In this document: positions 26,486 through 38,606 of the stretch, piece after piece
Layout of the letters: each line of letters starts with the position of its first letter
How positions within the stretch are numbered: the first letter of the stretch is position 1
Source: Eledone cirrhosa
Taxonomy: Eukaryota
Assembly (NCBI GenBank): GCA_964016885.1
Contig: OZ024742.1
Location: 24,366,001-24,430,000 of the forward strand
DNA: 64,000 nucleotides
Reading direction: 5' to 3'
The notes under the pieces: generated by a model
Database searches by the model: none
Told to the model about the DNA's origin: nothing
Seen by the model: only the letters and a program-made list of their open reading frames with translations
Program-made: the position numbers and the translations under genes

Positions 26486-26523
26486 GCCGACAATGTTTCG
26501 TCCTATTAAGGACTCATCAGGGC
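26486..26523 (-). ncRNA. Hammerhead ribozyme motif (inverted PLE arm)
   Basis: Exact reverse complement of 31409-31446. Confidence 0.85.
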
Positions 26524-28022
26524 AATCAAAACAACAAGAGGTAATATCGGCAGATACAAGCCAGAAACTCTGAAGAATATGGAGTGTACATACACTAATG
26601 TCTTACAAAGATATACGATAATAAAAATGAAAATAAAGATAAAAATAATAAAAAATATATAATAAGAATAACTAAGGATGTAGATAACATTAAGAACCAT
26701 ATTACAAATATAGTCCAAAGCAACCAACCTAAATCTAAACAAATTTGGTTATATAGAGCAGGAATTATATATAACACAATATAATACATTATAATAATAA
26801 TATACTTTTACCAACATTAAAATTCCAAATTAAAAATCAAAAGGTACAATATATACATGTATATATGTGCGCGCACACACACACTCACACACATATAACA
26901 ACACACATATCTATGTTCGACTACACAGAAATTAAGCCCTATTAGAAGTTTGAATATTAAAAATAAGCATGGTAATAGTGAAAATAATACTATTACATCT
27001 ACCCAATATACATGAGGCAATAATATGATATAATTACAAGAAACACATATAACAAATAATAAACAACAAAATTATATAATTCAATATAATATAGTAAAAT
27101 AGAATAGATAATCCCCGGTTAATTTACAGAAACAATATAGATGTCACAATGAAATACAATGATAAAATGTTAACAGTATATTAACATGTACAATAAAAAA
27201 TATGATGTTACAGAAAAAAATATGATGTTACAGAAAAAAATATACAGACATCTAACATGATATGTAAAGTCTAAATATCATAATGTTACATATTATAATA
27301 TTAAAAAAATCCAGATATCTTACATGATATATAAAGTTTAAATATCATAATGTTACATATAATGAACAGTAATTAATAATGATCTATATAACATACAATA
27401 TAATATAATATATTTTAAAATTGGCATAAAATATATAAATACTTATAATTACAAGGTTAGTAGACAGACATATGTGGATGAGTGAGCGAAGCCAGACAGT
27501 GAATAGTAAATAGAATATAGAATAAAACAAATAAATACAATCAACCGGAAATTACAAAACAAAAGCAAATGTATACACATTTAGGCCTCGCGTGCATTTA
27601 AGAAACTAGGTAAACACCAAGGAAAGCCATCATTTTAAATGACTCCAAACCCTATTTGATAAATTAATATTAAAAATATCGAACCCGTCCAATAAGGTAG
27701 TATAATATTAACTGTAGTTTTTAGTCATTAAAGTATATAAACTTTAATGTATCGTTACAAATGTTTACAAAAAGGAATAAAATTATACTATCATATACGC
27801 AACGATATCCAAAAAACTGACTTAAGTAGAGTTAAGGTAGGCTAATGGGGACAGAATTGACAAAATATATGGAGGGCGCGAAGTGGCATAAAATATATTC
27901 GATATACTATAATAAATAATAGAACGGAGCATAATAGAGGGGGGGGGGGTTAAATATAATCATATTATTAAATATAATCATAACTCTAATATAATCATAT
28001 TATTAAATATAATCATAACTCT

Positions 28023-29537
28023 AGTACCAACAATGTAGAACTTAATAAGGAGAAGCTTTATAAGTTTTTTAAAAGCTACAACCTTTCAATCACGATAGAT
28101 AGAAATGATAGAGCGGTTAACTTTTTAGATGTGACTTTGGACTTGGCCACTAATAGTTTTAAACCCTTCCATAAGCCTAATGAAATTCTTTCTTATGTTA
28201 GCCCCAATTCTAACCACCCTAAGTCTATGATAAACTCTATAATTAAGGGCGTTTCTAATAGGATTTCCACACTATCTAAGGACATAGGAACTGTTAATGA
28301 ACATGCGGAGTACTACAATAATGCCCTAGCAAATTCAGGTCACTCTAGTAAAATAAATTATAATAATAGTAACTTTAGAAAGTCTCCGCTTACTCTTAAT
28401 AATAATAACATTATATCACATAACATGGCCATGAATGGGAGTAGCAAAAATAGTAACCGTAGAACTTATATAGGAGTATCTGAACCCACCCATAAGTTAT
28501 CCCACCGGACTCGTAATAGCAAATATAATACCTCTAAGAGACAAGTCGAGCCCCCTATGCGCTCACGCATTGGTGTTGGTTTGGCTGGATCTTATTCTAG
28601 TAATGTTGCTCCTACTGATCCTATCATTGGCCTTAATCCTCTTGTAGGGATTCCGGACAACAGCGGATCTACTGGAGGTAGAAACTATAATAGACATAAC
28701 GAAATTATGGCTGATCCTATGAATGTGGTTTCAACTATTCCCGATAGTAACCCTAGTCTCGACGGTGGGACGTTTGATAGAGGTAGGGTCGGTAAGAATA
28801 AAAATAAAAATAGAAGGCGATTAAATACTTATTTCAACCCGCCATATAATCAGGATGTATCAACTAATATCCCTAGGTCTTTCTTCACTATCTTAGAGAA
28901 AAATTTCCCCCCTTCTCACAAATACCATGGTATTTTTAATAAAAATGTTATTAAACTCTCATTCTCTACCACCCCTAATATTAGTTCTCATTTAGCTAGC
29001 ACTAATAATAGGAAAATTAGGGATGGATTCTCCTCTCTACATACTACTAGTCTGAATGCATCGGACAATGCTTTACCACCAGAACAGTCCTTATCTAATA
29101 GAGGTCCTACGTGTAATACATCACCACTCGAGCCAACCAGTAACACCCGGAAGTGCAATTGTAGAGTGAGCGCTAACTGCCCTCTAAACGGTAACTGCCT
29201 TTCTAAGAACATTGTCTACGCTTGCGAGGTTATAACTAATTCCTCTAAAAGAACGTATATAGGATCTACTTCAAACACTTTTAAGACTAGGTTTAACTCT
29301 CATATCTCTAACTTCAAACATGTTAGGTTTAAGAATTCTACCTCTCTAGCGCATTATATCTGGGATCTTAATGGAGCTTATATACCATATAGCCTTAACT
29401 GGAGTTTAGTAGCACGATCTAACCACCTTTCTGCACATAGTAAGTTTTGTAATCTCTGTATACTTGAGACACACTCTATTATTTTCTCTAGCGTACCCTT
29501 ACTGAATAGAAAGTCTGAGATATTCTCTTCTTGCCCC
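28023..29537 (+). pseudogene. PLE polyprotein fragment: RT C-terminal/thumb, Cys-rich linker and GIY-YIG endonuclease (Naiad/Neptune-type)
   Basis: The frame is open upstream of the annotated start (…RAVNFLDVTLDL…KPFHKPN…SNHP). It continues through YFNPPY…VSTN, CNCR…CPLNGNC, NIVY…TYIGST…FKTRFNSH and CNLC…E…LLNRKSEIFSSCP. The catalytic RT core is missing. Confidence 0.88.
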
Positions 29538-31408
29538 ATGCCATTTCTAATTCTTATTTTTATTATAAACCCAAATGTTCTAGTAGTACAAATTGTACCC
29601 ATTAGCAGATATATTCCATTACTTAGTTTTTTGTTTGGGTTCTTTTGTTTGCCAACATTAATGTTATCATTGGTTTTTGATGACTCTTCTTTCCAGCTCT
29701 CATAATCATTTGGCCACTGTACCATATCTATGTCTTCACTATTACACATAAGATTACACACTTTACGCCACTTACGTTATTCCATTATTATCTTTATATT
29801 TTTTTTATTATTATTAACTTTAATTTTAATTTTAATTTTATTTTTATTTTTAATTCTATTTTTATTTTTATTTCTAAGTCTATTCTGATTTATCTATCGA
29901 CCCCCCCCCCCCCCCTTCTCCCCCCCTCCCCCCATGCACACATAAACTTATTGTTAACCCCTCCAGATTGAATATGATTATATTTAACCCCCCACTCTTT
30001 TATGCTCCGTTCTATTATTTATTATAGTATATCGAATATATTTTATGCCACTTCGCACCCTCCATATATTTTGTCAATTCTGTCCCCATTAGCCTACCTT
30101 AACTCTACTTAAGTCAGTTTTTTGGATATCGTTGCGTATATGATAGTATAATTTTATTCCTTTTTGTAAACATTTGTAACGATACATTAAAGTTTATATA
30201 CTTTAATGACTTAAACTACAGCTAATATTATACTACCTTATTGGACGGGTTCGATATTTTTAATATTAATTTATCAAATAGGGTTTGGAGTCATTTAAAA
30301 TGATGGCTTTCCTTGGTGTTTACCTAGTTTCTTAAATGCACGCGAGGCCTAAATGTGTATACATTTGCTTTTGTTTTGTAATTTCCGGTTGATTGTATTT
30401 ATTTGTTTTATTCTATATTCTATTTACTATTCACTGTCTGGCTTCGCTCACTCATCCACATATGTCTGTCTACTAACCTTGTAATTATAAGTATTTATAT
30501 ATTTTATGCCAATTTTAAAATATATTATATTATATTGTATGTTATATAGATCATTATTAATTACTGTTCATTATATGTAACATTATGATATTTAAACTTT
30601 ATATATCATGTAAGATATCTGGATTTTTTTAATATTATAATATGTAACATTATGATATTTAGACTTTACATATCATGTTAGATGTCTGTATATTTTTTTC
30701 TGTAACATCATATTTTTTTCTGTAACATCATATTTTTTATTGTACATGTTAATATACTGTTAACATTTTATCATTGTATTTCATTGTGACATCTATATTG
30801 TTTCTGTAAATTAACCGGGGATTATCTATTCTATTTTACTATATTATATTGAATTATATAATTTTGTTGTTTATTATTTGTTATATGTGTTTCTTGTAAT
30901 TATATCATATTATTGCCTCATGTATATTGGGTAGATGTAATAGTATTATTTTCACTATTACCATGCTTATTTTTAATATTCAAACTTCTAATAGGGCTTA
31001 ATTTCTGTGTAGTCGAACATAGATATGTGTGTTGTTATATGTGTGTGTGTGTGTGTGTGCGCGCACATATATACATGTATATATTGTACCTTTTGATTTT
31101 TAATTTGGAATTTTAATGTTGGTAAAAGTATATTATTATTATAATGTATTATATTGTGTTATATATAATTCCTGCTCTATATAACCAAATTTGTTTAGAT
31201 TTAGGTTGGTTGCTTTGGACTATATTTGTAATATGGTTCTTAATGTTATCTACATCCTTAGTTATTCTTATTATATATTTTTATTATTTTTATCTTTATT
31301 TTCATTTTTATTATCGTATATCTTTGTAAGACATTAGTGTATGTACACTCCATATTCTTCAGAGTTTCTGGCTTGTATCTGCCGATATTACCTCTTGTTG
31401 TTTTGATT

Positions 31409-31446
31409 GCCCTGATGAGTCCTTAATAGGACGAAACATTGTCGGC
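31409..31446 (+). ncRNA. Minimal type-I hammerhead ribozyme motif in the PLE 3' repeat
   Basis: gcc CTGATGA gtcct taat aggac GAA ACATTGT C ggc: perfect core, stems I and II, quasi-palindromic stem III, GUC triplet (cleavage after 31443). Confidence 0.88.
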
Positions 31447-31593
31447 TAATAAAATCTTTTGATGTATTAAAGGATTCTTTGTTTTACTCTCTTAATTTTT
31501 TGGCTCTGTTTAACTGCATTGAGCTATACCTTTTACTGTCATTTCTATAATACGAAGAGGGTGTTTTACTCAAATACGCTCCAGTATTCTAAT

Positions 31594-31658
<65 letters not shown>

Positions 31659-32518
31659 GCTTTGACAGTGTTGTCCCACTCATGTATGTTATTGAAGATG
31701 AAAAGAAAGACTGTAAACACTGGCTTATCTTTATAATTTAAAATTGATACACACTTCGATACTCTGTACATGCCAAACTTTTACTTCTGCCTCATGACAG
31801 CTAGTTTTACACGCCGAAATCTTAGATACACTATACCCCCCACCTAAGTAATGTCAGGGTCTCCTCAAATAATTTATTAATAGCATTGTTGTAATTGTTG
31901 TTATTGTTCTAACTGAATGCCATTACTACTTCATATAGTAGCCTGTATATTCTTTTCTTGCCTGTGTATTCTCTTCATTCTCGCATGCTCCGAAGAACTG
32001 ACTGGTTATAATTTTGTATTGGCGATCGAGTAACGTGAAAACAAGTGAATAGCGATCTCTAGACCTACCAGTTCAGAGAAACAATTGTCAGTAATGAGAT
32101 TAAAAACCTTTTTTGTATAGCAAACCATGTCAACCTTCTTTCCTGATTTATTATTACTCCAAGTGTTTACAACATAGGAATTACAGCATACCCGCAGCAT
32201 CACTATGAAAACGCCTTGTTGAGTCAAACCAAGCGAAGCGTTGATATCATCCACTACCTGGAATACCATAACTGGACTATATCTAAGTGGACTGCATTTA
32301 ACTATTATTTGTTACCCCGTATATATATATATATTAAAATAACAGATGAAAGTTTAAGCAGATCCTGTTAAGGGTGAAAGCAACGATTCTTTGCTTAAAC
32401 TTTAATCTGTTATTTTCATAAATACTTGCTCTAGGATTCTTATATATTTGATATATATTTATCCTTATAAAGACCTCTTTGGATTTTAGTCTTCACACTT
32501 ATTATTATTGCTATATAT

Positions 32519-32700
32519 ATGAAGGTGTGTGGCTGAGTGGTTAGAGAATTGGACCGAGCAATGCGTTATTTCCTTGAGCAAGACACTTTATTTCACGTTG
32601 CTCCTTCTATCTGGAGTTGCGACCAATAGATAGTACTAGCAAGTGGAAAGACCGACGAAAACAGTTTCCTCAGTCCGATTTTACGAAAGTTGATCGAACC
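32519..32700 (+). mobile_element. SINE, group 2 head with alternative 3' module
   Basis: Matches 12167-12350. Confidence 0.7.
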
Positions 32701-32715
32701 TTTTTATATATATAC

Positions 32716-33046
32716 ATGGTTTAGTGTTTAGAACATTGGCCTTGCAATCAAAAGGTTGTGAGTTCAATTCTCAGACCGGGTGGTGTGTTGATTCCTTGAG
32801 CAAGACACTTTATTTCACATTGCTCCAGTTTACTCAGCTGTAGAAATGAGATGATAGGGACTGGGGTCCCTATCATTCCACTGCAAAGTGGTCGTGGAGG
32901 TGCCACGGCAAAAAAGCACCCAGCCCACACTGTAAATGAGGTTGGTGTTAGGAAGGGCATCCAGCTGTAGAAATCAAGCCAGAATCAGTTCCCGTCCAAC
33001 TCTTGCAAGCAGGGAAAAGCGGACGTAAAATGATGATGATGATGAT
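32716..33046 (+). mobile_element. tRNA-derived SINE (group 2) with RTE-derived tail
   Basis: Near-identical to 14735-15012, with an extra internal ~45 bp and a (GAT)n tail. Confidence 0.82.
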
Positions 33047-33251
33047 GTGTGTGTGTGTATGTAAATAAGTCTGTTATTGCTCCAATCAGTCAACTAACGC
33101 TCAGCAAATACCCTAAACAAAATACCAACGTGGACCCATGACTCCTGCCAAACAAACCACTCTCATCCTACAAATTCTACAAATCAAATGCAAACCTCCC
33201 ATCTTTCCAAACTTGGCTTATGCAACCACACTGTAATGGGAAGACATGCAT

Positions 33252-33926
<675 letters not shown>

Positions 33927-34030
33927 TAGTATTCATAGTGATCAACTATTATTATGCTCATTTATATTGGGAAGTACACATTTCAAATTTTCTCAGCAGT
34001 TCATAAGTCAACCAGTCGTTTTATAGACAA

Positions 34031-35433
34031 CTAGCAGTGGTACCCGACGTTGCACGGGATAATGTATTTTGGAACGCAGGCCGCCAATAGACCTAATCGG
34101 GGAAAAACTGCATGCCTGGACAACATGTAAAGAAAATAAACCGAATACTGTGATGGCTGGATAATCTTTAAGATTTTCCTTGATGAAGCAGGAAAAATGC
34201 AGGTTTTCACCTAGGGGATAAAGAAAATGAATTTTTTTATGTGCATAATATGCCTTGAAATTTCGAACAAATCGACTAGACGTAACGCCTCCAAAAAGCC
34301 CTAAGAAGCTGAAAAAATGAAGTTTTTCACCTAATGCGGGCCCTAGGCCATAAGAAAGTTGGATTTTCTTTACTTACGGTATGAAGAAGAGACTGATTAA
34401 TACATAGTTACAATTTCAAGTAAATCGGTCTGACGTAACGCCTCACAAAACCCCTAAAAATGTTAAAAAACGCATTTTTTCACCTAATGCGGGCCCTAGG
34501 AGATAAAAAAGTTGAATTTTTTATGTGTATAACACTCCCTGAAACATAAGTAATACACATGTAAAGTTTGAAAAAATCGGTTGGGTACTTCTCGAGTTTT
34601 AGGGATTCAAAGTCACAAACACACACACACACACACAGACAGACATCCTCAGGGAAGTGACGTAATGCAGACAGTCAGACATACAGACAGATATTATAAG
34701 GGCGCGACGTTATGAGTATGTATCTATCTAAAAAGAGAAAGACTAAGAATTATAGAACGAGATTGCTAAATTGCCTAATGCAGTCCCTAGGGGAATGAAC
34801 ATTTGAAATTTATTTTGCTCAGAACACTCCCTGAAACATAAGTATTACATGTGTAAAGTTTGAAAACAGTCGGTTTGGTGCTTCTCTACAATACTAAGCG
34901 GTAAAATAGTAACTTTTGTTCTCATAAAGGCACGTAAGTAAACAAACTGAAGCTATTACAGCAAGACAGATATTATAAGGGCGCAACGTTATATGTATGT
35001 ATCAATAGGACGGTGGATTGGCAGTATCGGTGGAGGGTCGGACGCCATGCTTTCCAGCATAGTTACGTCCCTTTACGATCTGAGTTCAAATCCCGCCGAG
35101 GTTGACTTTGCCTTTCATCCTTATGGGGTCGATAAAATAAAAGTACCAGTAATGCACTGGGTAATTGCTGGCCTTGTGCCTAAAGGAGAAACAGTTATAT
35201 GTATGTATCAATCTAAAAAGAGAAAGACTAAGAATTATAGAGAGAGATCGCTAAATCGCCTAATGTGGTCCCTAGGGCATAGAAAATTTGAAATTTTGTT
35301 TGCCCAGAACACTCCCTGAAACATAAGTATTACATATGTAAAGTTTGAAAAGAGTCGGTCGGGTGGTTCTCGAGTTTTAGGGTTTCGAACTCACACACAC
35401 ACAGACAGACATCCTCAGTTTTATATATATAGA
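34031..35433 (-). mobile_element. Non-autonomous Helitron
   Basis: The minus strand starts TCTATATATATAAAAC (35433) and ends with hairpin cccgtgcaacgtcggg + taccactg + CTAG, followed by T (34030). It has internal subrepeats and an inserted SINE. Confidence 0.8.
35008..35197 (+). mobile_element. tRNA-derived SINE (group 1) nested in the Helitron
   Basis: Matches 2071-2257. It interrupts the motif ...acgttatatgtatgtatc|...atctaaaaagagaaag, which is intact at 34700-34745. Confidence 0.85.
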
Positions 35434-36440
35434 CTAGCAGAATGGCCCCGCGTTGCTCGGGATTTGCTCTAGGGTTCTTATATATTTGATATATATTTAT
35501 CCTTATCGAGCCTCGTGAAATAAATACGTTTGTTTATATTTTGTTATTGTGTATGCAAAAATATCTGTACACGAATATATAATTATATATATATATATAT
35601 TAAAATAACAAATTAAAGTTTAAACAAAGAATCACTGCTTTCACACTTAACGGGATCTTCTGAAACCAAAAAAATCAATCTGTGAACGCAGAAAATGAAT
35701 CGCTGCTTTCACCCTTAACGGAATCTTCTACCTAAAAGCAGTATGAAGTACACTAAGACTAACTGATGTAATCGTTGGCCTTGTTGGTTTATATTTTGTT
35801 TTTGTGTTAGCAAAAATATCTGTCAGTGATGCATGTGATTATGTAATCGCCAGCCTTGTTTGTTTATATTTTGTTTTTGTGTATGCAAAAATATCTGTAC
35901 ACGAATATCTATATTAAAATAATATATTAATGTTTAAGCAAAGAATCGCTGCTTTCAACCTTAACGGGATCTTCTGAAACTAAAAAAAATCAATCTGTGA
36001 ACGCAGATGTAAATATTTCGAAAAACGTTGCAACCGAAGGAAAACAAGAAGACGATACTTTGGTTCGTGAAGACGCTCCCTGGCATAAGAATATATATAT
36101 ATACACACACACACTATATATGTACATATATACACACACACACTGATCGCGTCATAATGTCGTAATGCAGACAGCCAGGCATACAGACAGATATTATGAA
36201 GGCGCGACGTCATATCTATGTATCTATCTAAAAAGAGAAAAACAAAGAGAAAGAGAAAGAGATCGCTAAATCGCCTAATACGGTCCCTAGCTCAGAATAA
36301 TTTGAAATTCTTTTTGCTCAAAACACTTCCGGGGCCATACGGGTTACATGTGTAAAGTTTGAAAAAAAAACGGTTGGGTACTTCTCGAGTTTTAGGGAAA
36401 CAGACACACAGACAGACATCCTCTGTTTTATATATATAGA
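35434..36440 (-). mobile_element. Non-autonomous Helitron (second, related subfamily)
   Basis: The minus strand reads A|TCTATATATATAAAACAGAGGATG at 36440 and ends with hairpin cccgagcaacgcgggg + ccattctg + CTAG at 35434. Confidence 0.8.
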
Positions 36441-36723
36441 TAACTGACTACATACGTGCTTTTACTAAAAAAATTGTTTTTCCATTCCTTATCGTTTATT
36501 TCTCCTATCTTCCAATCAAGGAATTGTGTTCAAAACATTAAGACTCTTTTCCTACTATATCAAATGTAAAATAAATATATTTTTTTCAATGTATTGTGTC
36601 ATTTGTTTGTTGTGTCTGTTTGCGTTTTGCACACGTACACATGCACATTCACACACACATGCCCATACGCACACACGCACATACACACATACACCATTGT
36701 TTTTTTTAAAGTGTGCTTGGAAA

Positions 36724-36754
<31 letters not shown>

Positions 36755-36755
<1 letters not shown>

Positions 36756-37183
36756 AAGAAGATGTGGGATGATGTGATAAAAGCCGACTTTACTCAATTG
36801 CACTTCCCAAGGGTGATGACACACGACCATGACCTCCTCTGACGTCACGCAGTAATACAGAAGACCCGACTTCCCACGGGTACAAGCCGAAGCTGAAGCA
36901 TATAGACAATATGCCCCCAACCCCTCCCACTGCAAAGTGGTCGTGGAGGTGCCACGGCAAAGAAGCACCCAGCCCACTCTGTAAAGTGGACGTGTAGGCG
37001 CCATGGAAAAAAAGCACCCAGCACTCACTGTAAATGAGGTTGGTGTTAGGAAAGGCATCCAGCTGTAGAAATCAGCCAGAATCAGTTCCTGTATGAGCAA
37101 GACAAGGTCAGCCTACTGGACCCTGCCCACAACAGGACAACCCATCTAACCCATGCTAGTGTGGAAGAACAGACGTAAACCGG

Positions 37184-37212
<29 letters not shown>
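36755..37212 (+). mobile_element. RTE LINE 3' end and 3'UTR with (GAT)n tail
   Basis: KKMWDDVIKAD... followed by the shared 3'UTR and (GAT)n. Confidence 0.8.
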
Positions 37213-37214
<2 letters not shown>

Positions 37215-37299
37215 GGATAAAGATCCCATAGCTCCTTGTGGAGTCTTAGAGGCACCGTCATACGGCGTGTCTAGGGCACGATTTTTTCTATAGAAGAAG

Positions 37300-37435
37300 A
37301 ATCAACCCCAGTACTGGATTGGTACCTTTATTGACCGTGAAAGGATGACAGGCAAAGTTGACTTCCACGGGATTTGAACACAATGAGGTGGGACGAATAC
37401 CGTAAAGCATTCTATCCGACATATTAACGACTCCA
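37300..37435 (-). mobile_element. Decayed SINE (group 1)
   Basis: ggtacctttattgaccgtgaaaggatgacaggcaaagttgac...gggatttgaac is the reverse complement of the SINE body. Confidence 0.7.
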
Positions 37436-37888
37436 TATAATATATATATAAACTCTTATAATACATAATGCATTCTCTCTCTGCCATACTCGCTTTCCAA
37501 TCCCAAGGATCTGCGGTTTCATCTTACATTTGTCCTTGTTAATACTTATTTAATTAATCACTTATTTAATGGTGTATGTCATTTGTACACAAATCCTCAG
37601 CATTTATGTAATTATAGCCTGGAATTTAATTATCAAAATATTATTTTCTTTAATCACCTACATGTAATCAGCATAAATTATCAGGTTTCTCTTATTCAAC
37701 TCATTAATTTATCAAAACAAATATTCTCAGTTTGTATAATTGTTCATGTATTCAGTAAACCCAAAGTCTATGATAAAGTTATTTCTGTGTAAATACCAAG
37801 ACTGCATGGTGTATAAATATATACACATATTAGATATGTAGGAATGCCAGAAAATTCAAACTTCACTGTAAATTGAAAGAAAAAAAAA

Positions 37889-37935
37889 CGTCTTTAATCA
37901 ATTTTCATATCTGATTGGACCCTCATCAGAAGACA
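37889..37935 (-). ncRNA. Degenerate hammerhead motif
   Basis: Minus strand gtctt CTGATGA gggtccaatcagatat GAA AATTGATT A aagac: 5-bp stem I, core and quasi-palindromic stem III present; stem II eroded. Confidence 0.55.
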
Positions 37936-38606
37936 AGTACATCATCTAATCAAACACAAGGAAACATGTATTTGATGGGTATATATACCCATTCACTCTT
38001 TGTATTATTCTGAAATGGACATACTATTTTACATATAATTAGCACTCATGTTGGTAATTAAGATATATATATATATATTAAGAAGTGCACTAGCAGCCAA
38101 TTTGTATGATAAAGTTATATCTGTATAAATACAGTGTGTAACCAGGACTGCACCAAAGAATATCAATATATACACATATCTAATATGTAGGCATGTATAC
38201 ATGACAGAAAAAATATACATATGATATACTAATCCTGGACTCAAAGGATTAAATAGATTCAATGCTATCATTATTGACAGGAGGGGTCCACTTTTATATG
38301 AGAAAAACAAACTATTAATTAATGGGCGACATGTTTTAGAGTGGTGGTTGTTTAGATGGTTGAACCATCAGCAGGAATATCTTGCTCTAAATATGTTGTT
38401 ACAGTATGCACTTTGATAGGTTTACCTGGCCTCTTCTTAGTTTACATTTCTAGGTTTCATGGGTTGTTTAATGATAGTGATCACTCATTCCAATCATGTC
38501 ACTTCTTTTTCCAATACCAGGTGGGGGGATTTGAACTCAGGACACACACACACACACATACAGAACTGTAACAGATATGAGGCATCCTGAAAATTCTACC
38601 AATCCA

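Larger units (their letters stand above)
26436..31597 (+). mobile_element. Penelope-like element, 5'-truncated, with inverted copy of its 3' region
   Basis: 26436-27966 is the near-perfect reverse complement of 29971-31496. A unique tail runs 31497-31597, and both ends lie in (TA)n. The interior encodes RT C-terminus plus GIY-YIG, and each arm carries a hammerhead. Confidence 0.92.

Noticed and set aside
28023-29705. Selenocysteine-encoding PLE or autonomous element
   Set aside because: There is no in-frame TGA at Cys positions in the visible ORF, and the RT catalytic core is truncated.
26817-31329. Duplicated small ORFs (MPHVYWVD..., MYYIVLY...) on opposite strands
   Set aside because: Chance ORFs in the AT-rich PLE 3' region, duplicated by the inversion.
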